A stretch of DNA of 44,037 bases from a virus (taxonomy: Duplodnaviria; Caudoviricetes): the IMG/VR virus record IMGVR_UViG_3300005529_000060, positions 1-44,037 of that record; one strand, written 5' to 3'. Under the pieces are notes generated by a model. That model was not told where the DNA came from. It ran no database searches and worked only from the letters and a program-made list of their open reading frames with translations. Positions within the stretch are counted from its first letter, which is position 1. Every line of letters begins with the position of its first letter. Position numbers and translations under genes: made by a program. This document shows, piece by piece, positions 27,529-35,900 of the stretch.

Positions 27529-27889
27529 ACAGTTCGCCGCGATGTTCCTGCTCGCGGCCATTTTCGTTTCTGGCTGTGTCACCACTCACGCTCCTGAGCG
27601 CACGCCGCTCGAGACTGCGAAGCTCGCGTATGTCGATTCTTCGCTCGCTTATGAAGCGGGCATGCTCTCAGTGCAGGACGCTCGAGCTGCGCATCTCGTG
27701 ACAGACGCGCAGTGGCAGCGCGTGGAAGCCGCGCAGAGTGAGGTTCGGCGGTATCAGCCGCTGGTGCGAAGCGCTTTGCAACTCTGGGAAGCGAATGGCG
27801 CGAAGCCAACGTCATATGACGATCTGATCGTGCGCCTTTTGAACGCTGTCGCAGACATCACGCGTGTGCTCTCCGAGGTGAAGCGATGA
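27521..27889 (+). CDS. helical lipoprotein, lysis-associated candidate
   Basis: LLAAIFVSG/C lipobox; overlaps endolysin stop. Confidence 0.7.
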   Translation: MRRQFAAMFLLAAIFVSGCVTTHAPERTPLETAKLAYVDSSLAYEAGMLSVQDARAAHLVTDAQWQRVEAAQSEVRRYQPLVRSALQLWEANGAKPTSYDDLIVRLLNAVADITRVLSEVKR

Positions 27890-28071
27890 AGACCGAGGAC
27901 ATCATCAAGCTGCTCGAGGTGCTCGGTACCGCGGCGACTCACGCGATCGACGCGTATCAGAAAGCGCGAGAGCTTGCAGCATCAGCAGGCATCAGCGCGG
28001 ACGATCTCGCCGCCGCAGACTCTCGCTTTCAGCATCTCTACGGCGACCCTCTCGCGGGAGGCACTCATTGA
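27886..28071 (+). CDS. small hypothetical protein
   Basis: GAGGTG RBS, ATGA overlap. Confidence 0.6.
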   Translation: MKTEDIIKLLEVLGTAATHAIDAYQKARELAASAGISADDLAAADSRFQHLYGDPLAGGTH

Positions 28072-28301
28072 GCGAAGCGATTGTCTACGTTCGGATGCCT
28101 CCGGATGGCGAACCCAAGCCGTGCCTTGAGCACATGCTCACCTATGCGCTCGGCCTCGGTTACCTGCAGTGCGATCCCCCTGGCGAGAAACCGGAGCCGG
28201 TGTCGATCGCGCCTGACGATGTCGCTGGACAAACCATTGAGCCAGAGCCGGTATCCGCCGAAGTGGTACCACGGCGCCGGCGCGCTTCGCAGGTGAGCTG
28301 A
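28068..28301 (+). CDS. small hypothetical head-region protein
   Basis: GGAGG RBS, TTGA overlap. Confidence 0.55.
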   Translation: MSEAIVYVRMPPDGEPKPCLEHMLTYALGLGYLQCDPPGEKPEPVSIAPDDVAGQTIEPEPVSAEVVPRRRRASQVS

Positions 28302-28771
28302 TGCCGGATCTCACGAACGACGAGCTCGATGAACTTCGCACGGTGTATCTGCGAGACAAATACGTCGCCAGTCCACTTGTGACCTACTCGCATTACAACC
28401 GCGCGGTGAAGGCAAACTTCTTTTCGGATGACGACCTCCAGCTGTTGAATTCGCGGGTCGAGACGGATTTCGCGGAGGAGCTCGGCGGCGTTTACGACGA
28501 AAAGCACGATGAGCGCATTCTCGCCGGCGATAACGAAAGCGCCGCGGCCACAGCGGCTGCAGCTGAACGCAATCAGGCGAAGTTCCGTGTCATCCGCGCC
28601 GAGGCTCGACAGATGATGATGGAAGATCCTGGCTTTGTAGGATCGATCGCTGACGAGAAGAACCGCGCCGCGCTGTTCGCAAGCTGGCGCGATGCCATCA
28701 CGCGCGATCGTACATTTGCGCGTGTGCGCTCGACGGGTCCATTCGCGTCAATTCCACTCCAGAGGTTCTGA
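28301..28771 (+). CDS. probable head-tail adaptor/connector
   Basis: Helical 156-aa protein in the head-completion position; call from position only. Confidence 0.5.
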   Translation: MPDLTNDELDELRTVYLRDKYVASPLVTYSHYNRAVKANFFSDDDLQLLNSRVETDFAEELGGVYDEKHDERILAGDNESAAATAAAAERNQAKFRVIRAEARQMMMEDPGFVGSIADEKNRAALFASWRDAITRDRTFARVRSTGPFASIPLQRF

Positions 28772-29217
28772 TGATCGAGGTCATCCGGGAAGGAAATGCG
28801 GCGGGAGACCTGCAGCGCATGTTCACGCGGCTGGCGGATTTCTCCGATGTCCTTCCAGACCTCGGAAGACTGGCGGTCGAATCGCTTCGGAAGAACATCG
28901 ACGAGTCGCGCACGCCGGATGGCGTACCGTATCCGCCGCTGAAGCGGCCGCGCCCGCGCGGGCACAACCAAGACCCAAAGCCGCTCGTCGACACGGGTGC
29001 GATGGACGGTTCGATCCACTTCGAACTCAGGGGAACGGATGCGGTGTTCGCTGGTCCGTCTCTGGATGAATCGCCCTACTTTCCGATTCAGAACCAGGGC
29101 GCGATTCATCGTGGTGTGCCGCCGCGCACTTTCATCGGTGTCCGCGCGGAGGACGAAGACGGAATTCGTAGCGTGATCGGCAAGCACATCACGCTTGCGT
29201 TTGAGGTCGCGGCATGA
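28771..29217 (+). CDS. virion morphogenesis / tail completion protein (Mu gpG/P2 gpS-like)
   Basis: PDGVPYPPL, KPLVDTGAM, IQNQG, PPRTFIG. Confidence 0.85.
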   Translation: MIEVIREGNAAGDLQRMFTRLADFSDVLPDLGRLAVESLRKNIDESRTPDGVPYPPLKRPRPRGHNQDPKPLVDTGAMDGSIHFELRGTDAVFAGPSLDESPYFPIQNQGAIHRGVPPRTFIGVRAEDEDGIRSVIGKHITLAFEVAA

Positions 29218-29681
29218 CGTCGATCATTGAATCGCTCGAGTCGAACTACACATCACTCCTGAGCGGCATCTCCTATCTCGCGAGTGCGAGTGGCGGAACG
29301 GTCGTCGCCGCTGCGGATGCCGCGACGCTGCTCGACATCATGACGATTTCTCCGCCCTTCGCAGTGATCGTTTTCAATGGTGAGATCGCAGGACCGTCTG
29401 ATCGTGTCGGCACCGGAGCAGTGCAGCAAACTGAGATGGAATGGTCGTTCTTTCTCGGCGCCTCGAGCTTCGCTGCCGATGGTGAAGGGCGTCTCGGGAC
29501 GGTCGGCATCTATCAGATGATCGACGATGTAATTGCAGCGGTGGACGGTCGCGCGCTCTCACTCGCGCCACTCGCGAAAGCGTTCTACAAACGTGCGCGG
29601 CGCTACAACATCACACCGAACCTCGTGATCTACGAAGTGGTGTTTCGTAATCAGTTCGTCCGAGATCAGCCATCCGCATGA
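29214..29681 (+). CDS. probable tail terminator
   Basis: PFAVIVFNG, GIYQMIDDV..AVDG, IYEVVF; position before tail tube. Confidence 0.65.
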   Translation: MTSIIESLESNYTSLLSGISYLASASGGTVVAAADAATLLDIMTISPPFAVIVFNGEIAGPSDRVGTGAVQQTEMEWSFFLGASSFAADGEGRLGTVGIYQMIDDVIAAVDGRALSLAPLAKAFYKRARRYNITPNLVIYEVVFRNQFVRDQPSA

Positions 29682-29896
29682 ACGCAGATCTGCTCGAGGT
29701 GCTTGCTGTTGCGGCTCACGGCGGCGCAGTCGTCATTCATTCGCTCGGGCTCACCTACAACGTGTTGCGATCGCGGAAGATTGATCTCGACGCAGGGATT
29801 CACGCCGCGGCGCTGCTCTTCAGTCTGCGCGCGGTGTTCATTCACGCCCGGCGTGTTGTCCCGCCCATTCCCTCATCCCCAGAGAAGTCGCACTGA
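29678..29896 (+). CDS. small two-TM membrane protein
   Basis: ATGA overlap; two hydrophobic His-containing helices. Confidence 0.5.
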   Translation: MNADLLEVLAVAAHGGAVVIHSLGLTYNVLRSRKIDLDAGIHAAALLFSLRAVFIHARRVVPPIPSSPEKSH

Positions 29897-29902
29897 CACA
29901 CT
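29857..29902 (+). promoter_or_regulatory. putative late promoter 6 (tail)
   Basis: TGTCCCGCC-N31-CACACT upstream of the tail tube gene. Confidence 0.65.
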
Positions 29903-30040
29903 CAGCCCTGTGAAGTGACGCTGGAGCGCGCGCCAGGCTGGGCCAGACGGTGCTCCTGGGGAGCGTCTGAAAACGTCTCGCATCGCTTCTGGGGAGGCGC
30001 GGCGGGTCCAACAGACATCTGACATTGGAGAGTTAGGGCC

Positions 30041-31306
30041 ATGCCATACGCACAGGGAATGCGTCAGACGATCCTCCTGATGGGGGAAACCTCGTTCAAG
30101 ACGCTGCCTGGCACCGTCACCGCGGACAAGGTGCCTGTCATCAATCCGAGCTTTCGGCCAACGCGCAACAAGTTCTCTTCCCAAGCGCTGACCGGCTCAC
30201 CAGAACCACGCGCGGTCGTCACCGGCAAGATCGGCGTGGAATGGGACTGCGAGGCCGAGTGCAACCCGTCCAGCATGATGCCGTGGATGAAATATACGTA
30301 CGGCGCCAACGGCTGGCAGGTGAACGGAACCACGGGTCTCTATCACCATCGCTTCAATCTTGCTGATCTTGGTTCGTTCGGTGCCGAGGATGGTCATGCG
30401 GACCTGACGAAGTTCTTGGGCTACCGCGGCCTCTACGTCGGCAGTTCTGCCCTTTCGTTCGCGGCCGAGGGCGTGATGTCCGCGCGCTTCTCTGGACTCG
30501 GCGGAAAGGCGCTGGCCAGCGCCGGCGCGACTGTTGTCAACGGCACCATCACCGATCGCACGATTCTTTCTCCCTTCTCGTACCTCTACGGGCGCGTGAA
30601 GAAGGGTGGCTCGACAATCGGTTACGTGAAGATGGCAACGTTCGAGATCAATCGCGGTCTCGATAAGGATGTTGCCCAAGACGAGACGAATGAGATCGCC
30701 GTGATCTTCTCGCAAGTTGCGACGATCAACGGTTCCATCACAGCACTCTTCAGCGCCCCAACGCTGTATGACGATGCCCTGGCGGGTGGAGACACTTCGC
30801 TGGAGTTCTTCGTCCCGTACGGTCAGGGCCAAGCGTTCATCATCTCGATCCCGACGGCGAAATTTACGCCGTTCAAGGTCACTACGAACGGCACCGGACT
30901 CGTGACGCTCGAGGGTGGATACGACGCGCAAGGCAACGGCGCAACGAAGGGCTCGGTGCGCTCGCTCTGGTTCTCGACGCTCGGGATTGCCGGCCTCAAT
31001 CTCTTGATCAAGGTGGACGGCGGCGCGCCGCAGACGATCACGTTTGCCGGCGGAGACGACACCCCCGACGAAGCGGTGACGACGATCAACGCAACGTTGA
31101 CTGGTGCTGTCGCGCGAGTCGAACGCATGGCCGGAGAGACTGGCGGAGTCGTTGTGATCGAGAGCAACACGACCGGCACGACGAGCTCGATCGAAGTGCA
31201 GGCCGCGTCCACGGCTGATGCGCTGATGGGCATCGACAACAACGTGCACAGCGGACTGTCGAATGTCTCGCACGAAGCCTGGCTATTGAACAAGGTCGCC
31301 GCCTGA
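30041..31306 (+). CDS. major tail tube protein with extra C-terminal domain
   Basis: ETSFKT, YHHRF, YRGLYV beta pattern; precedes frameshifted chaperones and tape measure gene. Confidence 0.8.
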   Translation: MPYAQGMRQTILLMGETSFKTLPGTVTADKVPVINPSFRPTRNKFSSQALTGSPEPRAVVTGKIGVEWDCEAECNPSSMMPWMKYTYGANGWQVNGTTGLYHHRFNLADLGSFGAEDGHADLTKFLGYRGLYVGSSALSFAAEGVMSARFSGLGGKALASAGATVVNGTITDRTILSPFSYLYGRVKKGGSTIGYVKMATFEINRGLDKDVAQDETNEIAVIFSQVATINGSITALFSAPTLYDDALAGGDTSLEFFVPYGQGQAFIISIPTAKFTPFKVTTNGTGLVTLEGGYDAQGNGATKGSVRSLWFSTLGIAGLNLLIKVDGGAPQTITFAGGDDTPDEAVTTINATLTGAVARVERMAGETGGVVVIESNTTGTTSSIEVQAASTADALMGIDNNVHSGLSNVSHEAWLLNKVAA

Positions 31307-31314
31307 TCGGCGAA

Positions 31315-31345
31315 GAGGGTGGGCGGGAGAGTCCCGCTCACCTTC
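31315..31345 (+). terminator. stem-loop after tail tube gene
   Basis: GAGGGTGGGCGGGA-GAG-TCCCGCTCACCTTC, 14-bp stem with G-U pairs. Confidence 0.55.
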
Positions 31346-31361
31346 GTTCGAAAGGAGCACT

Positions 31362-31745
31362 GTGGAACTCGTAAAGCCCGAATACAGAGTCAGGACGATT
31401 CATCCGTTTCCCGAGACCGATCCCGACTTTGCAATCGAGATGCGGAAGCTGTCTTCGTCGGAGATGAATCGAATCTACGACCGGCACGGCTACAACCCCG
31501 GCAACAAGCAGACGATGGGCAAGCTCGAAAAGGTGCTGCGCGACATGGCTTGCACCGCGATCGTGCGAGTTAAAGGTGCGACGCAGAATGGCGCGCCGCT
31601 GGATCCCGAAGCCGACGAGACGAAGCTCTTGCTGCTCGAGGTTCCTGTCGAAGTCGACGGAGAGACGAAGTCGTTGTGGGATTACGTCGGTGCTCTTGCC
31701 GCGGAAGAGGAGAAGCGCGAAGCAAAAAACTCGCAGAGGCCGTAG
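31362..31745 (+). CDS. tail assembly chaperone (G-like)
   Basis: AAGGAG RBS; ends EAKNSQRP with an in-frame slippery site. Confidence 0.8.
   Translation: MELVKPEYRVRTIHPFPETDPDFAIEMRKLSSSEMNRIYDRHGYNPGNKQTMGKLEKVLRDMACTAIVRVKGATQNGAPLDPEADETKLLLLEVPVEVDGETKSLWDYVGALAAEEEKREAKNSQRP
31724..31730 (+). other. -1 programmed ribosomal frameshift site A AAA AAC
   Basis: Canonical X XXY YYZ heptamer in the correct phase; the -1 frame is open to 32185. Confidence 0.85.
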
Positions 31746-32185
31746 CTTGGCAGTTCGGCGACGGCCTTTCTGAAGAAGAGTTCGTGAAGCTCGTCGCTCC
31801 GCTGGTGCCAGAGCGCGAGGATGCCAGGTTGATCACCTGGGGTGGAGCGGCGGCGTGTGACGCCTGCAGGTTGCGTAAGAGGGACTTCGAGGCGGAGACC
31901 GGCATGAATCTCGGTGAGGGCTGCTTCTCGAATCGTGGCGATGGCCGGTGTTTGCATCCACCACCGGACACACTTCCCGCGCTGGCTGGCCTTTGGAGCG
32001 TCTGGCGAGATTCGCGTAACGCGCTCGTAGTCGCCGGCATGGATGGCGTTCTCCTGGGTCGCGATCTTCGTCAAGTCGAGGTCGTCGCGGCTGCGCACGG
32101 CGAACCGCTGGACCCGACATTCCTCGAACGCTTCGCAGTGCTCGTCGACGCGGAGCGCCTGCAGGATCGGAAGGCGAGAAAGTAA
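31724..32185 (+). CDS. tail assembly chaperone extension (T part of the G-T fusion)
   Basis: Lacks an obvious own start; reached by -1 shift; CDAC...C...C and GMDG.LLGRD motifs. Confidence 0.75.
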   Translation, partial: KKLAEAVAWQFGDGLSEEEFVKLVAPLVPEREDARLITWGGAAACDACRLRKRDFEAETGMNLGEGCFSNRGDGRCLHPPPDTLPALAGLWSVWRDSRNALVVAGMDGVLLGRDLRQVEVVAAAHGEPLDPTFLERFAVLVDAERLQDRKARK

Positions 32186-32938
32186 ATGGAGAGCGTCGCG
32201 ATCGAGAAAACTCCGTGGCGCCGCTATTACGAGCGCAATCGTGATCTCGTCAACGCGCGGTCGAAAGCGTGGCGTGAGCGTAATCCGGAGAAATTTCGCG
32301 AGGTTCAAAAGAGACATCGGGAAACCCAGCATGAGAAGGTAGCTGCGCAACGGAACGCATTTCTTGCGAGTCGATATCAGTTGCTCGAAGGATTTAAGTC
32401 ACAGCCGTGTATGGACTGCGGCGAATCGTTCCCTACCTACGTGATGGATTTCGACCACCGGCCGGGAGAGCGAAAGGTCGGGATCATCTCCGATCTGATG
32501 CAAGGGCCGCTCGATCGCCTGTTCACGGAGATGGCCAAGTGCGATGTTGTCTGCGCGAATTGTCACGCCGTTCGTTCAGCGCAGCGGCACGAGCAAAAGG
32601 TCACACCTAATTGGAAACGTGGACAACGCAGCCAGGATGTCACCCCAGCGTACGCGAGGTACCGCGATACTCACATGGCGAGCAGCAAGCGTCGCAATCA
32701 ACAACGGAAGAATCTTTTCGATTCGCTCCGCTCCCTGCCATGTCTGGACTGTCTCCGTCGTTTTCCGTCCGAGGTCATGGAGTTTGATCACCGTGATCCG
32801 GCGCTGAAAATCGCTCCGTTATCGAAGTTGCTGTTCGGCCGGCTCGACGTGTTCTTTGCCGAGCTGCAGAAGTGCGATCTGGTGTGCAGAAACTGCCACC
32901 GAGTTCGTACGTTTGGGAGGGCTCGCGCTTGGAAGTGA
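32186..32938 (+). CDS. tandem-domain HNH-like endonuclease
   Basis: Two copies of PCxDC...VM(D/E)FDHR...KCD(V/L)VCxNCH. Confidence 0.8.
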   Translation: MESVAIEKTPWRRYYERNRDLVNARSKAWRERNPEKFREVQKRHRETQHEKVAAQRNAFLASRYQLLEGFKSQPCMDCGESFPTYVMDFDHRPGERKVGIISDLMQGPLDRLFTEMAKCDVVCANCHAVRSAQRHEQKVTPNWKRGQRSQDVTPAYARYRDTHMASSKRRNQQRKNLFDSLRSLPCLDCLRRFPSEVMEFDHRDPALKIAPLSKLLFGRLDVFFAELQKCDLVCRNCHRVRTFGRARAWK

Positions 32939-35900
32939 TTCAGGGTGTCCTGATAAAAGTCCGGGTCGAGGGTGCGGAAGCGATCGAACGATTCGTGGGC
33001 GCACTCGATCGTGTCACGCAATCTACAGATCGCGCCGCGGCTGGTGCAGAGAAAGGCGCGGAGAAATTCAAGGTACTCGGCACAACGGCGGGCAGCGCGG
33101 CCAAGTCGATTGAAGGTATGACGCCGCCGACGACGTCATTCCAGAAGACACTCGAGAACTTGGTCCAGGGCGGTTTGAATCCAGCTGTGAGTGCTCTCGC
33201 GAAGTTCGCGGGATGGGTGCTTCCGGTTGGTGTGGTGGCTGGCATGGCCGCAGTTGCGAAGCATTCGATCGACGCTGCGGATTCTCTCAATGACATGTCC
33301 AAGCGTACCGGCATGGCAGTGGAGACACTTTCGACGCTCGCGTACGGCGCAAAAATGGCCGATACATCGCTCGACTCCGTGATGATCGGTGTCCGTCACA
33401 TGTCGATGGCGCTTGAAGAAGCAGCGAAAGGTTCGAAGGAAATGCAACGTGCTTTCAGTGTTGTCGGGGTGACGCTCGACGATCTGCGCACGAAGACGCC
33501 TGAGCAGCTTTTCTTCAAGCTCGCCGACGGCATCGCAAACGTCAAGGACCCGACGCAACGGCTCGCTGTGGCGCAACAGATTCTCGGGCGGTCGGCGCAG
33601 GATCTCCTTCCATTCATTGAGGACCTCGCGAATGGCGGATATGGGAAGCTCCGCCAAGAAGCAGAGAAGGCGGGAGTTGTTGTCGGGACTGATTTCGCGC
33701 GCGCGTCAGACCAGTTCAATGATGCCCTCGAAAAAGCCAAAGCTCCATTGACCGCGATGGCGAAGGATTTCGCTATCGCTCTCTTGCCGGCGTTGAATCA
33801 AACCATCGAAGCCATGAACTCGGACTCGTGGACGAGTTGGCTGAATCCTCTCCGTGCAATCAGGGAAGCCATTCGCGGCATTGCCGGCGCTGCCGCCATT
33901 GCCGGCACAGCGATCGGCGCCTTCCTCGGTGCTCTTCAGAATCCTGGTCGGAACAAAGACGGCACGCCGCTCGGATTCGTCGATTCGCTAAAAGATCTCT
34001 GGCAGAAAACCAAGGAAGGGTTCATGGAGAGCCCTGACCTCCAGAAGCAGCTCGAGGGGATGTTCGGAGGTCCTGTTGCCTCACCGGCGTCGTCTCCTGC
34101 GGCGCCAGCGAATAGACATGTGATCGATGCCGCAGCAGCAGAGGCCGCAGCCAGAGCAGCGGCGGCAGCGAAGATGGCCGCCACCGAACGAGCGCACGAA
34201 CTTGATTCGCTCATCGGCATTCAGCTCGAGATGCAGAAAGTACTCGGGGCATCAAGCGCCCAATCCGAGCTCGAGAAAAAGATCAACGGACTCCTTTCGC
34301 AGCGCGACGCGCAGCTCAATGCGATCGCGAAGATGAAGCAGCTCACGCCGGACGAGAAGAATTGGTGGACGCAGAACATCATGTCGACCTACTCGTCGGC
34401 GGTGCAAGCCGAGAATCAGAAAGCACTCGACGATGCCGCGAAACAGTTCAACGAGAAGTGGCGCGCCGACCGCCAGAAAGCCTTTCAGGAAGAGCTCGAC
34501 CACAATCTCGCAGCGCTGAGCGATCGCGGAAAGAAGATGCTCGACGACATGCGCAAGTACTGGCTCGGCGCTTCTGTCGAATTCGGCGCGGCGATGAACC
34601 AGCAACTCAGTTCCGCGCTCGCCGATGCGGCGATGACCGGTGGAAAGAATCTCGGACAGATCGCGGGCCAGACCTTCGGATCTCTCGTCTCTTCCGGCAC
34701 CGACAAGATCGTCCAGAAGTTGACGATCGGAATCGCGGGACTGTTCGGCGATTCAATCAAGCAGACCGCGGACAATCACTGGCTCGCCAATGGTCAGCGC
34801 TTCGACACCTTCGAGGAAGCTTCGGCTTGGACGAAAACGGGCCGCGGGCTGAGCGCCGCCATGGGGTTTGCGCAGATCGGGATGTCGGCATACGCAAGTG
34901 GAGCCCAGCCGGGCGGGCGCACTGCCGGCACACTGGGCGGAGCAGCGGCCGGAGCCGGTATTGGCGCTCAGCTAGGATCTTCAGCTGGCCCTTACGGAAT
35001 AGCGATCGGTGCCGTGATCGGCGCCGTAGTCGGCGCTGTCGGCAGCTGGCTCGGAGAAAAGGAAGCGCAATCTCAGTACAAGTACGGTGCTCCTGGCATC
35101 AACGCGCTCGGCCAGGCCTACATGTACACGCCGAAGAACATGCAGCCGGCAGAGGTGCAGCAGATCCTCGAGCGTGCGCAGAACACATTCGACAGCGTGC
35201 GCAACTCGTACGTGAACATCTTGCTCAAGCTTCCTAACTCGATCATTCCGGCATTGAAGACGATCGACGGGAGATTCCAAGACAACCCCTCACAGAACTA
35301 TCTCAAGCACCTCGAGCAGTGGCTGACAGACACCTTGCCGAAACAGATTGCGGCTCAGTTCGAGAGCGGCATGCGCTCGGCGTTTGCGGCAGCCGGAATG
35401 GACGAGAGCGCGTTCAACCGGTATCTCGCCCAGACCAAAGGCCTTGATCCGTCGAAAGCCGTTCAGTTCTGGACTGACATGGCCGATGGCATCAACGCGT
35501 GGAATCGCGCGCGGCAGGAGATGGCTGCCGTGCGAAGTGTCGTGTACGACGATGTGAGCAGCGGTCAGTTAGGGATTCTCGCGGGCCGATACAAGTTCTC
35601 AAACGGCGCAGTGCAGGAAACCGGGACGAGCGACTTCGCAGCTGATGTGAGGAAGAGCGGCGAGGGACTCTTTGCTCTCGGCCGTCAGATGGTGAATCTC
35701 ACCGGTCCCGATCGCGTCGCAGCTTTCAAGGCGCTGGGCCAGGGGATTCAGGCTGTGACCGATTCGCTGCAGTCCTACATCCAGCAGATCGGCGAGACGA
35801 TCAGGAACCTTCGTCAGTCGTTCGATGACGAACGTCTCGCAAAAGAAGTTGAACGCGCGCCGGACAAGAAGGCCGCGGCCGATCTGCTCTATCGCGCGTA

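Noticed and set aside
1271-32569. Other TGTCACGCC copies (1271, 9958, 10077, 32561)
   Set aside because: Inside genes and lacking the spaced hexamer. They show the variant 9-mer arises by chance, which is why the 19442 site has lower confidence.
32150-32938. Duplicated gene end around the double-HNH gene (RKARK versus RARAWK)
   Set aside because: Similarity is too weak to call a duplication.
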